64,000 nucleotides of DNA from Balanoglossus misakiensis. Its lineage: Eukaryota > Animalia > Hemichordata. Under the pieces are notes generated by a model. The model was given only the letters and a program-made list of their open reading frames with translations, did not search any database and had not been told where the DNA came from. The stretch is taken from positions 10,738,894 through 10,802,893 of the forward strand of contig CM082589.2 in the NCBI GenBank assembly GCA_040954595.2, given 5' to 3'. The position numbers and the translations under genes are program-made. Below, in pieces: positions 37,396-50,800 of the stretch (within the stretch, counting starts at the first letter, position 1; each line of letters begins with the position of its first letter).

Positions 37396-39756
37396 TTTAA
37401 AATTTTTCATCGGTTTTACTTTAAAGGATGCCCACAAACTGCAACAGTAAATATTACTACAATATGCCAAAAATAAAACTTTCTTCACATCTTGACTAAA
37501 ATGTTGAAAATGTCTCAATAGCATGTTTGCTCTAACACAAAATGCTCTTCTCTGTCGTTCAATATCTTCATTATCACAACCCTCACAAGATATAACGTGG
37601 CCCAGATAGGTGTGTACAGGTACAAACTTTAAAGTGATGTCATTAAGTTTAACCGAAGGAATTCTTTGAACGCTCATATTCTTCCCATTAAAAAGCATGC
37701 ACACAGTTTTACTAGAATTATAAATTATATCATAATCCTTGCCATAAATTTCACAAATTCTAAGAAGACGGTGTAGACCCTTAATACTTGGACTGAGTAG
37801 AGTCATGTCGTCAGCGTAACCTAAAGTGTTAGCGCTGACACCACACATGGTACAGCCAACTTTGGCTTTACAGAGTGCATTGATAAGATCATCAATGTAG
37901 ACATTAAAAAGATAGGGAGAGAGTACTCCCCCTTGTCTTACACCGTTAGAAACAGAAAACAACTCTGAGGTTTTTTCATGCCTGTGATCGGGGAGCCACT
38001 TCGCACTCGAGCCAGGCGAAGGTATTTGCATATGGACAAACAAGTACACTATGTCGTAGTGTACCATTCTGTTTACAGTAAAGTGTAATTATCGGTCCAT
38101 GAGTAATTAAGTCCACAGACAAAGATAAGCTATATAAACAGTGTTCAAAGCAAAGGAAGCCCTTGCCTCACATTGCAGGCAGAGGATTTACAAAGGTGTG
38201 AAAGACTATTTGTCCACATCAAGATAAGTCTTCGGCTTAACTTCGAAAAGCCAAAAAAAATCGACTGAGTTGGGTTAGGGGTACACGCCCACCCGCCACT
38301 TTTACTTGCTTGTTATCTAAGCACAAGGGGCAAAACGCATTGCAAGATAGTAACATACGTTAACTTCAAGACCCAAATAGTGATTTTACGCGTGGTTGTA
38401 TAGGGCATGGCATGGGACCTTTAATATAAAATTCGTACAGCATACAAGGGAACATTCCTGTCGATGAGCTTGTTAATCAGTTTAAAGTGATTAACTCTGT
38501 CAAAAGCTTTTGAAGCATCCAGAAAACAAGTAAACACTGGTCTTCCATTGCTGGTGTAGTAGCTAATGATTTCTTTAAATGCAAATAAACACAGGTCAGT
38601 TGAATGTTCTCGCTTGAAACCAAATTGTAAATAATGAGAGGTAAGAAACTCCTCACAACGAGAAAGTAAAATAGGCTCAAAAACTTTAGAGAAAACAGTT
38701 GCTAGTGCTATCGGCCGGTAGTTACTGGCATCACTACAAAGCTTAGTTTTATCCTTAATTGGAACTAAAATAACTTTGATAGCCTCAGTTTGCAGGTAAC
38801 CATGAACAATCAAGTCAAAATGGGTAAAATAGAGGAGTCTGAGAATTTGAGGTGCTCAGCTGAAATATTGTCAATGCCAGCTGTCTTATCGTCAGGTAAC
38901 TTATGTATAGCAGAAATTACTTCTTCTTCAGAAACATACATATCAGAAGAAAATTTAACATACTTCATTTTCTCCTCGATGTCATTTTTACCAGTCTGAG
39001 CCTGGACAGAATTCAAAATATCACTGAAATGCTTGTGCCACATAATTGCAATTTCACTCTCACCAGTCGCTCCACCTACAGTGTCAGAAAGCGGCATTTT
39101 TCTGCTAGTTTGCTTTCTGACTTCCTTCCAGAAGTCGTTCTGTTTGTGGCAGCGTAAATTGTCAGCCATCTTGTCAGCCCTATTTTGATTCTCAATCTTT
39201 TTACAAGCACGTAAAGCATACTTAAAACGAGCTCTGGAAGATTTCATGGTTTCAAAAAGCGGGCCTTGTTAAGGTTTACCCCCATTAACCCATAATAAAA
39301 ACATGGAACGGGCATAGTCGTGACTTTCTTTTACAAAATCGTTCCAGCCATGCACAACATGAACTTTCTGGTGAAACTTACGCCTAATGGTATCTTTTGC
39401 AGCACAATTCAATGCGTCCACAACACTACTATAACAAGTATCAATTGCCTGTAAATGCGAAGGGTATGTACAGTTCACATTAGTGCAGAATAACTCTTCG
39501 GATATATTAATCTTATCAACCTTGGCTTTGGTACAACGGGTGTAGGCGGATATATTCTGCTGTGACAATTTTTTCCAATCAACTCGAAAATTACATTGCT
39601 TGAAGGAACTACTGCTGAAGCATTCATCAGCAGAAGTGTTGAAATGAACCTCTATTGAAACAGGAATATGGTCGGAGTCAACAACATTGCAAAGACTCGA
39701 AATTGAAAGAACATTGCTATAAAAATTTTTAGTGGTAACACAGTGGTCAATCCAAA
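37396..39756 (-). pseudogene. Degraded LINE ORF2 (AP-endonuclease end plus reverse transcriptase), truncated at both ends; tentatively Proto2/RTE group
   Basis: Motifs WIDHC...SDHIP, HGWN, NYRPIAL, QFGFK, FLDASKAFDRV, GVRQGGVLSPYLF, YADD and RANML. It carries frameshifts and stops. The clade call is from memory of similar C-termini. Confidence 0.9.
37978..38420. other. Unidentified ~440-bp insertion interrupting the RT domain
   Basis: RT homology stops after LYAVRILY and resumes at KTSELFSVSNGVRQGG. No TIR or TSD was recognised. Confidence 0.7.
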
Positions 39757-41085
39757 CTCAGCGTAATTCAATAAAACGCCCTAACACAGCCTGAACTCCG
39801 ATAATGTGTTGTCCCAAAATTCATTCCGTGGAAAATAATCACTGGTCTGTTTACGTATTTCAGCCGATTTTCCAAGGACTACTGCAACCCGCCAGAAGTG
39901 AGTAGCCTGCTAATGAGATCTCCACAACATTACGTAATGACGGTCAAAGTCCGATGCCCCAGTGTCCGTCCTCAGCCCACCAAAAAATGCGAAAAAATAT
40001 TACAAAAATCTTCTTCTCAAAATCGACGTGGCCTAGGACCTTGAAATTTGGCACAGGGGATTTTGGCCACATGGTCTACAAAAATCGCGAAAAGAATGTA
40101 CATGCCCCCATTAACGTGCAAATTAGGTCAATTTGAAAATTTCGCTCGATTATAGCCACAAAGTCACGTGACTAATTACAAATTCAAAGGGCAGGTGCAC
40201 CAGTACTCATGGGCCCCAACCACCGTGCCAAATTTGGAGGCGCACCTGCCGGAATTTCAGAGAAAAACGGGCGCAAAAAAACGACTCAAGAAGAAAGAAG
40301 ACAAACTCCAGCAATAACAGAAGGGGACCAAGCGCCTGAGGGCTCTTGGTCCCCTAAATATGGGACTAAACTTGACAGATACCCGGAATATTTTCCTATT
40401 TAGGATACCTGGTTGCATTTCCACCTAAAGGCGTCCTATTGGCGTGGAAATTTTATAACTTGAAATCGTTTGACTGGGTGATAGGTATTAATATCTTATG
40501 ATGTTATAAAACACTTGGCTCGCCAAAGGTAAGGACCGATTATAGCGTCAGTCGTGTCATAAAATCTATATGAACGTCATGGGTCAATAAACTTGATGGT
40601 CCAATAAAATTTAATGGTTCGTAAAACTATTGTGTCCAATGTCTGCAGAGTATACTGGCTGCAACATGTGTATGAGTCAGGATTAACGGCTGTAGCCATC
40701 AACCCAAAAGGTGAACGTCCTATTCTCACTAACTTAAATAGGTTTTGCGACCTAGTTGAGTGATAAAAACCTTATGATAAAGTCGACACAATTTCAAGAT
40801 GACGATGTGCAAATGAGAGTTCATAAGCTAAAGTAAAGTTCAATGAATTCTATACCAAGTTCAAAAAAGATTTTTTACTAAAGGAAGACATGAACAAACT
40901 GATATCGTCTCTTCATATTCGTACATGTCCAACTGTTGTGATTTGACCCCCCCCCCCATGGTACATGAACCTATTACTTAGTACACACTTAAACAATTGG
41001 CATTTGAAGTGCCTTGCTTGACAGTGTTTAATGCGGTGGTCAGCCGCGTTTATCTCTCGCCACTTCATGCATCATGTCGCCTTAA

Positions 41086-41405
41086 AGGGACAAACTCTCT
41101 CTCTCGTCGCCATTTTCTATTAATTATGTTTGATACAAGACACCGTTTATATTAATGGGCATGTGTATATGTAGTGAATGAACGTTCAACCACACACAAC
41201 TTCCATCCTGCTTGTATGATATGAGAGTAAAAACTCGCCCAAAATGAATTAATGGTAGAGACCGATTTTTCAGTTTTGCGAGTTTTCGCTCTCGTGTCTA
41301 CATGCGGGATAGAAGGTGTGTGCGGTTGAACGTTGCATCACTATATATCCACATTTACATTAATATAAACGGTGTTTTGTATCAAACATGGAAAAGGGCA
41401 GCGAG
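41086..41405. mobile_element. Kolobok-type element of the 20165 family, right end truncated
   Basis: TTAA|AGGGACAAACTCTCTCT start and the same internal sequence (CTTGTATGATATGAGAGTAAAAACTCGCCCAAAATGAAT). Confidence 0.85.
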
Positions 41406-42040
41406 TTAAGGATGTACGATCAGTAAAATTGAAAGCATTGTCATTTCTTTTAATCGTGAATTTTCGTTTCTGATTTGTATGTATAATGAAAATCCATTTT
41501 GGGTCACTGCACTTGTTTTCGACTTTAAACAAGGCCGTGAATTTAGTCGACAATTGAAGAAAACTGCTAACGGTCAGCATTTTCTACCAATGGTTTGTCT
41601 ATGGATACAATATTGAACAAAGTTTATCTCAAAATAGAGCGTGATGAATTTATTTTGATTTGTCGGAGCTATGTGTAAAATTTCATGAAAATGACAACAG
41701 TAGAAGTGAGTTTTCTAACTATTCTCCATGTACTCCTATGGGAAGAGACACAGGCGCACAGTTTACCAGTTGACGACCTCTAAAGAGTAAACGGGGGGGG
41801 GGATGATGAAAGGTTTAAGACTTACAGATCACAACTTAAAGAGCCATTCAGAAAGAGGCTTAGAGTGGAGTATCAAATCGGACGATACCACTGACTGGTG
41901 GAGGAAGACAAAATAAGCAAACTGAGTAGATGAGTGCTCAGATTTCTTCAGAGGACCAAACGTTTCAAAGAATTATACGTGACAATCCATGCCTGGTCCG
42001 TCAGTAGATATAAACAGAACATTGTGGCTGTATTCATTAA

Positions 42041-42331
42041 AGGGACAAAGTCTCTCTCTCGCTGCCCTTTTTCCATTAATTATGTTTGATACAAGACTGC
42101 GTTTATATTATTCTACATGTGGATATAGTGAATCAACGTTCAACCATACACACCTTCCACCCCGCTTGTATAGACACGAGAGTTTTAAAAAGTAGCCAAA
42201 ATGAATAAACGGTCTCTACCATTTATTCATTTCGGGCGAGTTTTTACTCTCGTATCATACAAGCCGGATGGAAGTTGTGTGTGGTTGAACGTTCATTCAC
42301 TAACATAAACGGTGTCTTGTATCATGTCCCT
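42041..42331. mobile_element. Kolobok-type element of the 20165 family, opposite orientation, internally deleted
   Basis: TTAA|AGGGACAAAGTCTCTC...TGTCCCT|TTAA. Confidence 0.85.
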
Positions 42332-43109
42332 TTAACACTTTTGAAGCATTTTACTAATGCTAACATGACTAGACCAATTGAATGATGTTACATTGCAGGT
42401 TATCAACTCAGAGGGGCGTCTTGTTATAAAGCGGTACCTGACAAACAATCAGCTGGCAACGCTGAAAATACCTGTCAGTCGTAAGTATGAAAGTATACAT
42501 CATTTGAGTAGAATTTTACGGGAGTTCCTAACAAGGCTTGGACATGTCACGCACAAATACAAAGGGCGCGTATAAAGACAGACAAAACCTCGCTCAGTGT
42601 GAGGTGTTCAGCGATTGCATCTGATAAGTCGAAAATGCTTGATCACGTGTCATGTTCAGTTGGGAAATTGGATATGTCTCAGGCCAAAAAAACTAATATG
42701 TGCTATTCCGATTACATGGTTTTCAAAAATATTGTAGGTAGAAAGGGACATTTTTTTATTTTTCAATTTTTTTTATATCTTTGGCCGTCGTAGTGTAGAA
42801 GAATGACATCATAGTTCTTGCGTGATTCTCGCAATTTTCATGAATTGTTTTATATTTGACATCGTTATTTTTACTTCCGGTTTGCGAAGATCTAAACTGT
42901 TTTGGGTCGGCGGGCTAAAATTAGGGTAGTTCGGGTAATCGTTATGACATTGGGAGCTACGGCTGCAAAGCCATGTGTCTCGTGCGAAAAGGGCCCTTAA
43001 CCTTTTGCAATATTTAACAGCAAACAACAGACAGTTTTGAGAATAAAAGGTTTCCGTCGTGTCTGACTTTCATATCGCATTAATAGCATATCCCTAATTT
43101 TAAAGAAAT

Positions 43110-43350
43110 TAGGAGAGACAGAGTGAAACAGGCAGAGTGGCAGACAGACACAAGCAGACAGACAGAGCAACATTCATCAGTAGAGACACTCACCGGTCGC
43201 TCGCTCGCTCGCTCACTCTCTCTCTCAGAGAGAGGGGGCAGACAGTCAGACAGACAGACGTTGACAGACAGTCAGTAAGTCAGTCAGCCAGTTAATCAGT
43301 CAGTCAGACGTCAAAGACACAGTGACACAAACACAGCGAGGGAGACAAAA
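43110..43350. repeat. Degenerate GACA/CAGT/GCTC microsatellite tract
   Basis: Runs of CAGA, GCTC, CT/AG and CAGT. Confidence 0.8.
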
Positions 43351-44837
43351 GGACCTTTCATGCTTAAACCCCTCTTCTTCTGTTATAAACTTTGAAAACC
43401 GTTCGTTTTCAGATTGCAGATTGCTCGAATAACGCGGCACACTGCCGAAACAATAAAACAAATACTAGTGGGAGCTCATAAAATAAAATCGCTCAACCAT
43501 TCCGTCGTCCTGAGTGACCTCAGCCACATTAATTCCGACGTCTTTTTAGGGTCATGAAAAAAGTCACAAATAAGGTATTTCCCCTAGGTCCACCTGAAGC
43601 AAAAAGTTTTCGTTTCGACTCCATCATTCCGAATAGTAAGAAAGCAACAAAATTGAAAAGACAGATGTAAAATGCAATCTCTCTCACGTGGTAACGTTTG
43701 TAACTATGGCAATCACGGTACGTGTTCAGTACACAGACAGGGAGAAAAGTTTCCCCATGCAATACATGTGTTCAGTAAGGTTTGACCTTGGTTTTACTTT
43801 GTACCATGATCGCCGCTTTCTAAGCATGGATGAACGACGGCGGTCAGACCCAATCGAACCCTTTCATGTCAGATGACCACGGTATCTCCAGTGTGAGATG
43901 ACATTTGACAAACCATTTGATTTCAACAAAATCTTCGCGTCGTCAACGCGTCGCATACCAGTCGCATATCGGTATTTACCCAATCATAAAAGTTGGAAAT
44001 TCGGGAGACTCGATCTGCAACCAAGTTGAGAGTAAATTTTGACGTTTGACTATTGGCAAGTAAACAGGTTACACAATGACTTGTCGGTTTTTCCTCCGTC
44101 ATGGTCGTTCTTGACCCAAGTGTCCTTCCTTGACATTTAGACACACCTTGCGGTATGACCTTGGTGGTCATGTGCAATTAGTTTTCTTGTATAAGACGCT
44201 TTTCATGCCGGGGTAGACGACTTGTGCGTGGATCATCAACATTTCAGTGATATTTCAACGCAAAGTTTTAGCAATATTGAGAAAACAGGTAGTGAGGTGT
44301 CAAATGCATATCAATGTACGAAAATTAGGTCAAGCCACCCGACAGCAACCGCTTTCACACAGTGTCGGACGTTGCACGGAATGTGAAACGTTACACTGCT
44401 TCGGCCGTTCACATGCACCTGGGCGTGGTTTTGATTGATGGTCAAACGCCCCCACTTACTTTGGGCGTTTTCAATGGTAAATGTGTCGTATTGATCGAAA
44501 CCTTGCCGTAAACACATTTTTTTTGCTGAATCAACATTCAGAGTTCAGCCGTCTAGTTAACGAAGTATTGAAATAAGCCACTTGTTCATCATTTTTTGTC
44601 TGTCAAACGTGTTTATTCGGACAGGGACCGGCCGCCAATGAGTGGTTTAGGGAGCCCACACGTACACTCTGGTACCTGGACAATTAACAAAGACATGACG
44701 TGTGTACCGTCCGGTTCGAAAAGATTGGTTTAAGGTAGTCCTGGTAACAGTCATCCTAACGAGGCCAGGGGAGGTCTCCAAGGGCGAAATAAACAAAGCT
44801 ACCGATGACGAGTCGAATTCGAATCGGACGATGCTTG

Positions 44838-47800
44838 TTTTCGACTTTGCAAAATCTCAAAATTTCGTCGATTTTTGAAAAAAAATCATGGGTGAAAATG
44901 CATCAAAAAATGAGAAATTTTCGACTTTGCAAAATCTCAAAATTTCGTCAATTTTGAAAAAAATCATGGGTGAAAATCATCAAAAAATGACAAATTTTCG
45001 ACTTTGCAAAATCTCAAAATTTCGTCGATTTTTGAAAAAAATCATGGGTGAAAATCATCAAAAAAATGACAAATTTTCGACTTTGCAAAATCTCAAAATT
45101 TTGTTGATTTTTGAAAAAAATCATAGGTGAAAATCATCAAAAAATGACAAATTTTCGACTTTGCAAAATCTCAAAATTTCGTCGATTTTTGAAGAAAATC
45201 ATGGGTGAAAATCATCAAAAAATGACAAATTTTCGACTTTGCAAAATCTCAAAATTTTTTCGATTTTTGAAAAAAGACATGGGTGAAAATCATCAAAAAA
45301 TGACAAATTTTCGACTTTGCAAAATCTCAAAATTTCGTCGATTTTTGAAAAAAATCATGGGGGAAAATCATGAAAAAAATGACAAATTTTCCTCTTTGCA
45401 AAATCTCAAAATTTCGTCGATTTTTAAAAAAAGACATGGGTGAAAATCATCAAAAAATAACAAATTTTCGACTTTGCAAAATCTCAAAATTTCGTCCATT
45501 TTTGAAAAAAAATCATGGGTAAAAATCATCAAAAAATGACACATTTTCGACTTTGCAAAATCTCAAAATTTCGTCGATTTTTGAAAAAAAATCATGGGTG
45601 AAAATCATCAAAAAATGACAAATTTTCGTCTTTGCAAAATCTCAAAATTTCGTCCATTTCTGAAAAAAAATTATGGGTAAAAATCATCAAAAATGACAAA
45701 TTTTCATCTTTGCAAAATCTCAAATTTTCGTCGATTTTTGAAAAAAATCATGGTTGAAAATCATCAAAAAATGACAAAATTTTCGACTTTGCAAAATCTC
45801 AAAATTTCGTCGATTTTTGAAAAAAATCATGGGGGAAAATCATGAAAAAATGACAAATTTTCCTCTTTGCAAAATCTTAAAATTTCGTCGATTTTTGAAA
45901 AAAAATCATGGGTGAAAATCATCAAAAAATGACAAATTTTCGTCTTTGCAAAATCTCAAAATTTCGTCCATTTTTGAAAAAAATCATGGGTGAAAATCAT
46001 CAAAAAATGACAAATTTTCGACTTTGCAAAATCTCAACATTTCGTCAATTTTTGAAAAAATCATGGGTGAAAATCATCAAAAAATGACAAATTTTCGACT
46101 TTGCAAAATCTCAAAATTTCGTCGATTTTTGAAAAAAATCATGGGGGAAAATCATGAAAAAATGACAAATTTTCCTCTCTGCAAAATCTCAAAATTTCGT
46201 CGATTTTTGAAAAAAAATCATGGGTGAAAATCATCAAAAAATGACAAATTTTCGTCTTTGCAAAATCTCAAAATTTCGTCCATTTTTGAAAAAAAATCAT
46301 GGGTAAAAATCATCAAAAATGACAAATTTTCGTCTTTGCAAAATCTCAAATTTTCGTCGATTTTTGAAAAAAAATCATGGTTGAAAATCATCAAAAAATG
46401 ACAAAATTTTCGACTTTGTAAAATCACAAAATTTCGTCGATTTTGAAAAAAATCATAGGTTCGTCGATTTTTAAAAAAAAAACATGGGTGAAAATCATCA
46501 AAAAATGACAAATTTTGAAAAAAAAACGGGTGAAAATCATCAAAAAATGACACATTTTCCTCTGCAAAATCTCAAAATTTCGTCGTTTTTTGAAAAAAAA
46601 TCATTGGTGAAAATCATCAAAAAATGACAAATTTTCGTCTTTGCAAAATCTCAAAATTTCGTCCATTTTTGAAAAAAAATCATGGGTAAAAATCATCAAA
46701 AATGACAAATTTTCGTCTTTGCAAAATCTCAAATTTTCGTCGATTTTTGAAAAAAAATCATGGGGGAAAATCATGAAAAAATGACAAATTTTCCTCTTTG
46801 CAAAATCTCAAAATTTCGTCGATTTTTGAAAAAAATCATGGGTGAAAATCATGAAAAAATGACAAATTTTCCTCTTTGCAAAATCTCAAAATTTCGTCGT
46901 TTTTTGAAAAAAAATCATGGGTGAAAATCATCAAAAAATGACAAATTTTCGTCTTTGCAAAATCTCAAAATTTCGTTCATTTTTGAAAAAAAATCATGGG
47001 TAAAAATCATCAAAAATGACAAATTTTCGTCTTTGCAAAATCTCAAATTTTCGTCGATTTTTGAAAAAAATCATGGGGGAAAATCATGAAAAAATGACAA
47101 ATTTTGAAAAAAAAAAACTGGTGAAAATCATCAAAAAATGACACATTTACGACTTTGCAAAATCTCAAAATTTCGTCGATTTTTGAAAAAAAATCATGGG
47201 TGAAAATCATGAAAAAATGACAAATTTTGAAAAAAAAACGGGTGAAAATCATCAAAAAATGACACATTTTCGTCGACTTTGCAAAATCTCAAAATTTCGT
47301 CGATTTTTGAAAAAAATCATGGGGGAAAATCATGAAAAAATGACAAATTTTCCTCTGCAAAATCTCAAAATTTCGTCGATTTTTAAAAAAAGACATGGGT
47401 GAAAATCGTCAAAAAATAACAAATTTTCGACTTTGCAAAATCTCAAAATTTCGTCCATTTTTGAAAAAAAATCATGGGTAAAAATCATCAAAAAATGACA
47501 AATTTTCGTCTTTGCAAAATCTCACAATTTCGTCGATTTTTGAAAAAAATCATGTGTGAAAATCATCAAAAAATGACAAATTTTCGACTTTGCAAAATCT
47601 CAAAATTTCGTCAATTTTTGAAAAAATCATGGGTGAAAATCATCAAAAAATGACAAATTTTCGTCTTTGCAAAATCTCAAAATTTCGTCCATTTTCGACT
47701 TTGCAAAATCTCAAAATTTCGTCCATTTCTGAAAAAAAATTATGGGTAAAAATCATCAAAAATGACAAATTTTCATCTTTGCAAAATCTCAAATTTTCGT

Positions 47801-50800
47801 CGATTTTTGAAAAAAAATCATGGTTGAAAATCATCAAAAAATGACAAAATTTTCGACTTTGCAAAATCTCAACATTTCGTCGATTTTTGAAAAAAATCAT
47901 GGGTGAAAATCATCAAAAAATGACAATTTTTCGACTTTGCAAAATCTCAACATTTCGTCGATTTTTGAAGAAAATCATGGGTGAAAATCATCAAAAAATG
48001 ACAAATTTTCGACTTTGCAAAATCTCAAAATTTTTTCGATTTTTGAAAAAAGACATGGGTGAAAATCATCAAAAAATGACAAATTTTCGACTTTGCAAAA
48101 TCTCAAAATTTCGTCGATTTTTGAAAAAAATCATGGGGGAAAATCATGAAAAAAATGACAAATTTTCCTCTTTGCAAAATCTCAAAATTTCGTCGATTTT
48201 TGAAAAAAATCATGGGTGAAAATCATCAAAAAAATGACAAATTTTCGACTTTGCAAAATCTCAAAATTTTGTTGATTTTTGAAAAAAATCATAGGTGAAA
48301 ATCATCAAAAAATGACAAATTTTCGACTTTGCAAAATCTCAAAATTTCGTCAATTTTTGAAGAAAATCATGGGTGAAAATCATCAAAAAATGACAAATTT
48401 TCGACTTTGCAAAATCTCAAAATTTTTTCGATTTTTGAAAAAAGACATGGGTGAAAATCATCAAAAAATGACAAATTTTCGACTTTGCAAAATCTCAAAA
48501 TTTCGTCGATTTTTGAAAAAAATCATGGGGGAAAATCATGAAAAAAATGACAAATTTTCCTCTTTGCAAAATCTCAAAATTTCGTCGATTTTTAAAAAAA
48601 GACATGGGTGAAAATCATCAAAAAATAACAAATTTTCGACTTTGCAAAATCTCAAAATTTCGTCCATTTTTGAAAAAAAATCATGGGTAAAAATCATCAA
48701 AAAATGACACATTTTCGACTTTGCAAAATCTCAAAATTTCGTCGATTTATGAAAAAAAATCATGGGTGAAAATCATCAAAAAATGACAAATTTTCGTCTT
48801 TGCAAAATCTCAAAATTTCGTCCATTTCTGAAAAAAAATTATGGGTAAAAATCATCAAAAATGACAAATTTTCATCTTTGCAAAATCTCAAATTTTCGTC
48901 GATTTTTGAAAAAAAATCATGTTTGAAAATCATCAAAAAATGACAAAATTTTCGACTTTGCAAAATCTCAAAATTTCGTCGATTTTTGAAAAAAATCATG
49001 GGGGAAAATCATGAAAAAATGACAAATTTTCCTCTTTGCAAAATCTTAAAATTTCGTCGATTTTTGAAAAAAAATCATGGGTGAAAATCATCAAAAAATG
49101 ACAAATTTTCGTCTTTGCAAAATCTCAAAATTTCGTCCATTTTTGAAAAAAAATTATGGGTAAAAATCATCAAAAATGACAAATTTTCATCTTTGCAAAA
49201 TCTCAAATTTTCGTCGATTTTTGAAAAAAAATCATGGTTGAAAATCATCAAAAAATGACAAATTTTCGACTTTGCAAAATCTCAAAATTTCGTCGATTTT
49301 TGAAAAAAATCATGGGGGAAAATCATCAAAAAATTACAAATTTTCGACTGCAAAATCTCAAAATTTCGTCGATTTTTGAAAAAATCATGGGTGAAAATCA
49401 TGAAAAAATGACAAATTTTCGACTTTGCAAAATCTCAAAATTTCGTCGATTTTTGAAAAAAAATCATGGGTGAAAATCATCAAAAAATGACAAATTTTCG
49501 TCTTTGCAAAATCTCAAAATTTCGTCCATTTTTGAAAAAAAATCATGGGGGAAAATCATCAAAAAATGACAAATTTTCGACTTTGCAAAATCTCAAAATT
49601 TCGTCGATTTTGAAAAAAACCATTGGGGGAAAATCATCAAAAAATGACAAATTTTCGATTTTGCAAAATCTCAAAATTTCGTCGATTTTTGAAAAAAAAT
49701 AATGGTTGAAAATCATCAAAAAATGACAAATTTTCGACTTTGCAAAATCTCAAAATTTCGTCGATTTTTGAAGAAAATCATGGGTGAAAATCATCAAAAA
49801 ATGACAAATTTTCGACTTTGCAAAATCTGAAAATTTCGTCGATTTTTGAAAAAAATCATGGGGGAAAATGATCAAAAAATGACAAATTTTCGACTGCAAA
49901 ATCTCAAAATTTCGTCAATTTTGAAAAAAATCATGGTTGAAAATCATCAAAAAATGACAATTTTTTTACTGCAAAATCTCAAAATTTCATCGATTTTTGA
50001 AAAAAATCATGGGTGAAAATCATCAAAAAATGATAAATTTTCGACTTTGCAAAATCTGAAAATTTCGTCGATTTTTGAAGAAAATCAAGGGTGAAAATCA
50101 TCAAAAAATGACAAATTTTCGACTTTGCAAAATCTCAAAATTTCGTCGATTTTTGAAAAAAATCATGGGGAAAATGATCAAAAAATGACAAATTTTCGAC
50201 TGCAAAATTTCAAAATTTCGTCAATTTTGAAAAAATCATGGGTGAAAATCATCAAAAAATGACAAATTTTCGACTGCAAAATCTCAAAATTTCGTCGATT
50301 TTTGAAAAAAAAACGGGTGAAAATCATCAAAAAATGACAAATTTTCGACTGCAAAAACTCAAAATTTCGTCAATTTTGAAAAAAATCATGGGTGAAAATC
50401 ATCAAAAAATGACAAATTTTCGACTTTGCAAAATCTATAAATTTCGTCGATTTTTGAAAAATTTTCAACTTTGCAAAATCTCAAAATTTCGTCGATTTTT
50501 GAAAAAAATCATGGGGGAAAATCATCAAAAAATGACAAATTTTTGACTGAAAAATCTCAAATTTTCGTCGATTTTTTAAAAAAATTGTTGAAAATCATCA
50601 AAAAATTACAAATTTTTGACTTTGCAAAATCTCAAAATTTCGTCAATTTTGAAAAAAATCATGGGTGAAAATCATCAAAAAATGACAAATTTTCGACTTT
50701 GCAAAATCTGAAAATTTCGTCGATTTTTGAAATAAATCATTGTTGAAAATTATCAAAAATTGACAAATTTTCCTCTTTGCAAAATCTCAAAATTTCGTCG

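Larger units (their letters stand above)
35113..40358 (+). mobile_element. Helentron/HINE-like element hosting nested LINE fragments
   Basis: 5' end TTAAAGCTGCAAGCAGC..GGGCCCAAGC. The 3' end has an 11-bp stem AGGGGACCAAG/CTTGGTCCCCT followed by AAA, related to the 5' subterminal motif. There is an internal repeat (37281-37395 vs 39838-39956) and a partial second copy at 62250-63083. Confidence 0.65.

Noticed and set aside
37978-38067. N-terminus of ORF 37369..38067 as part of the RT
   Set aside because: It derives from the unrelated insertion; RT similarity begins at KTSELFSVSNG.
43400-44830. Higher-GC stretch before the satellite, and similarly 63300-64000
   Set aside because: No motif, terminal repeat, RNA-gene signature or credible ORF could be supported, so it is left unannotated.
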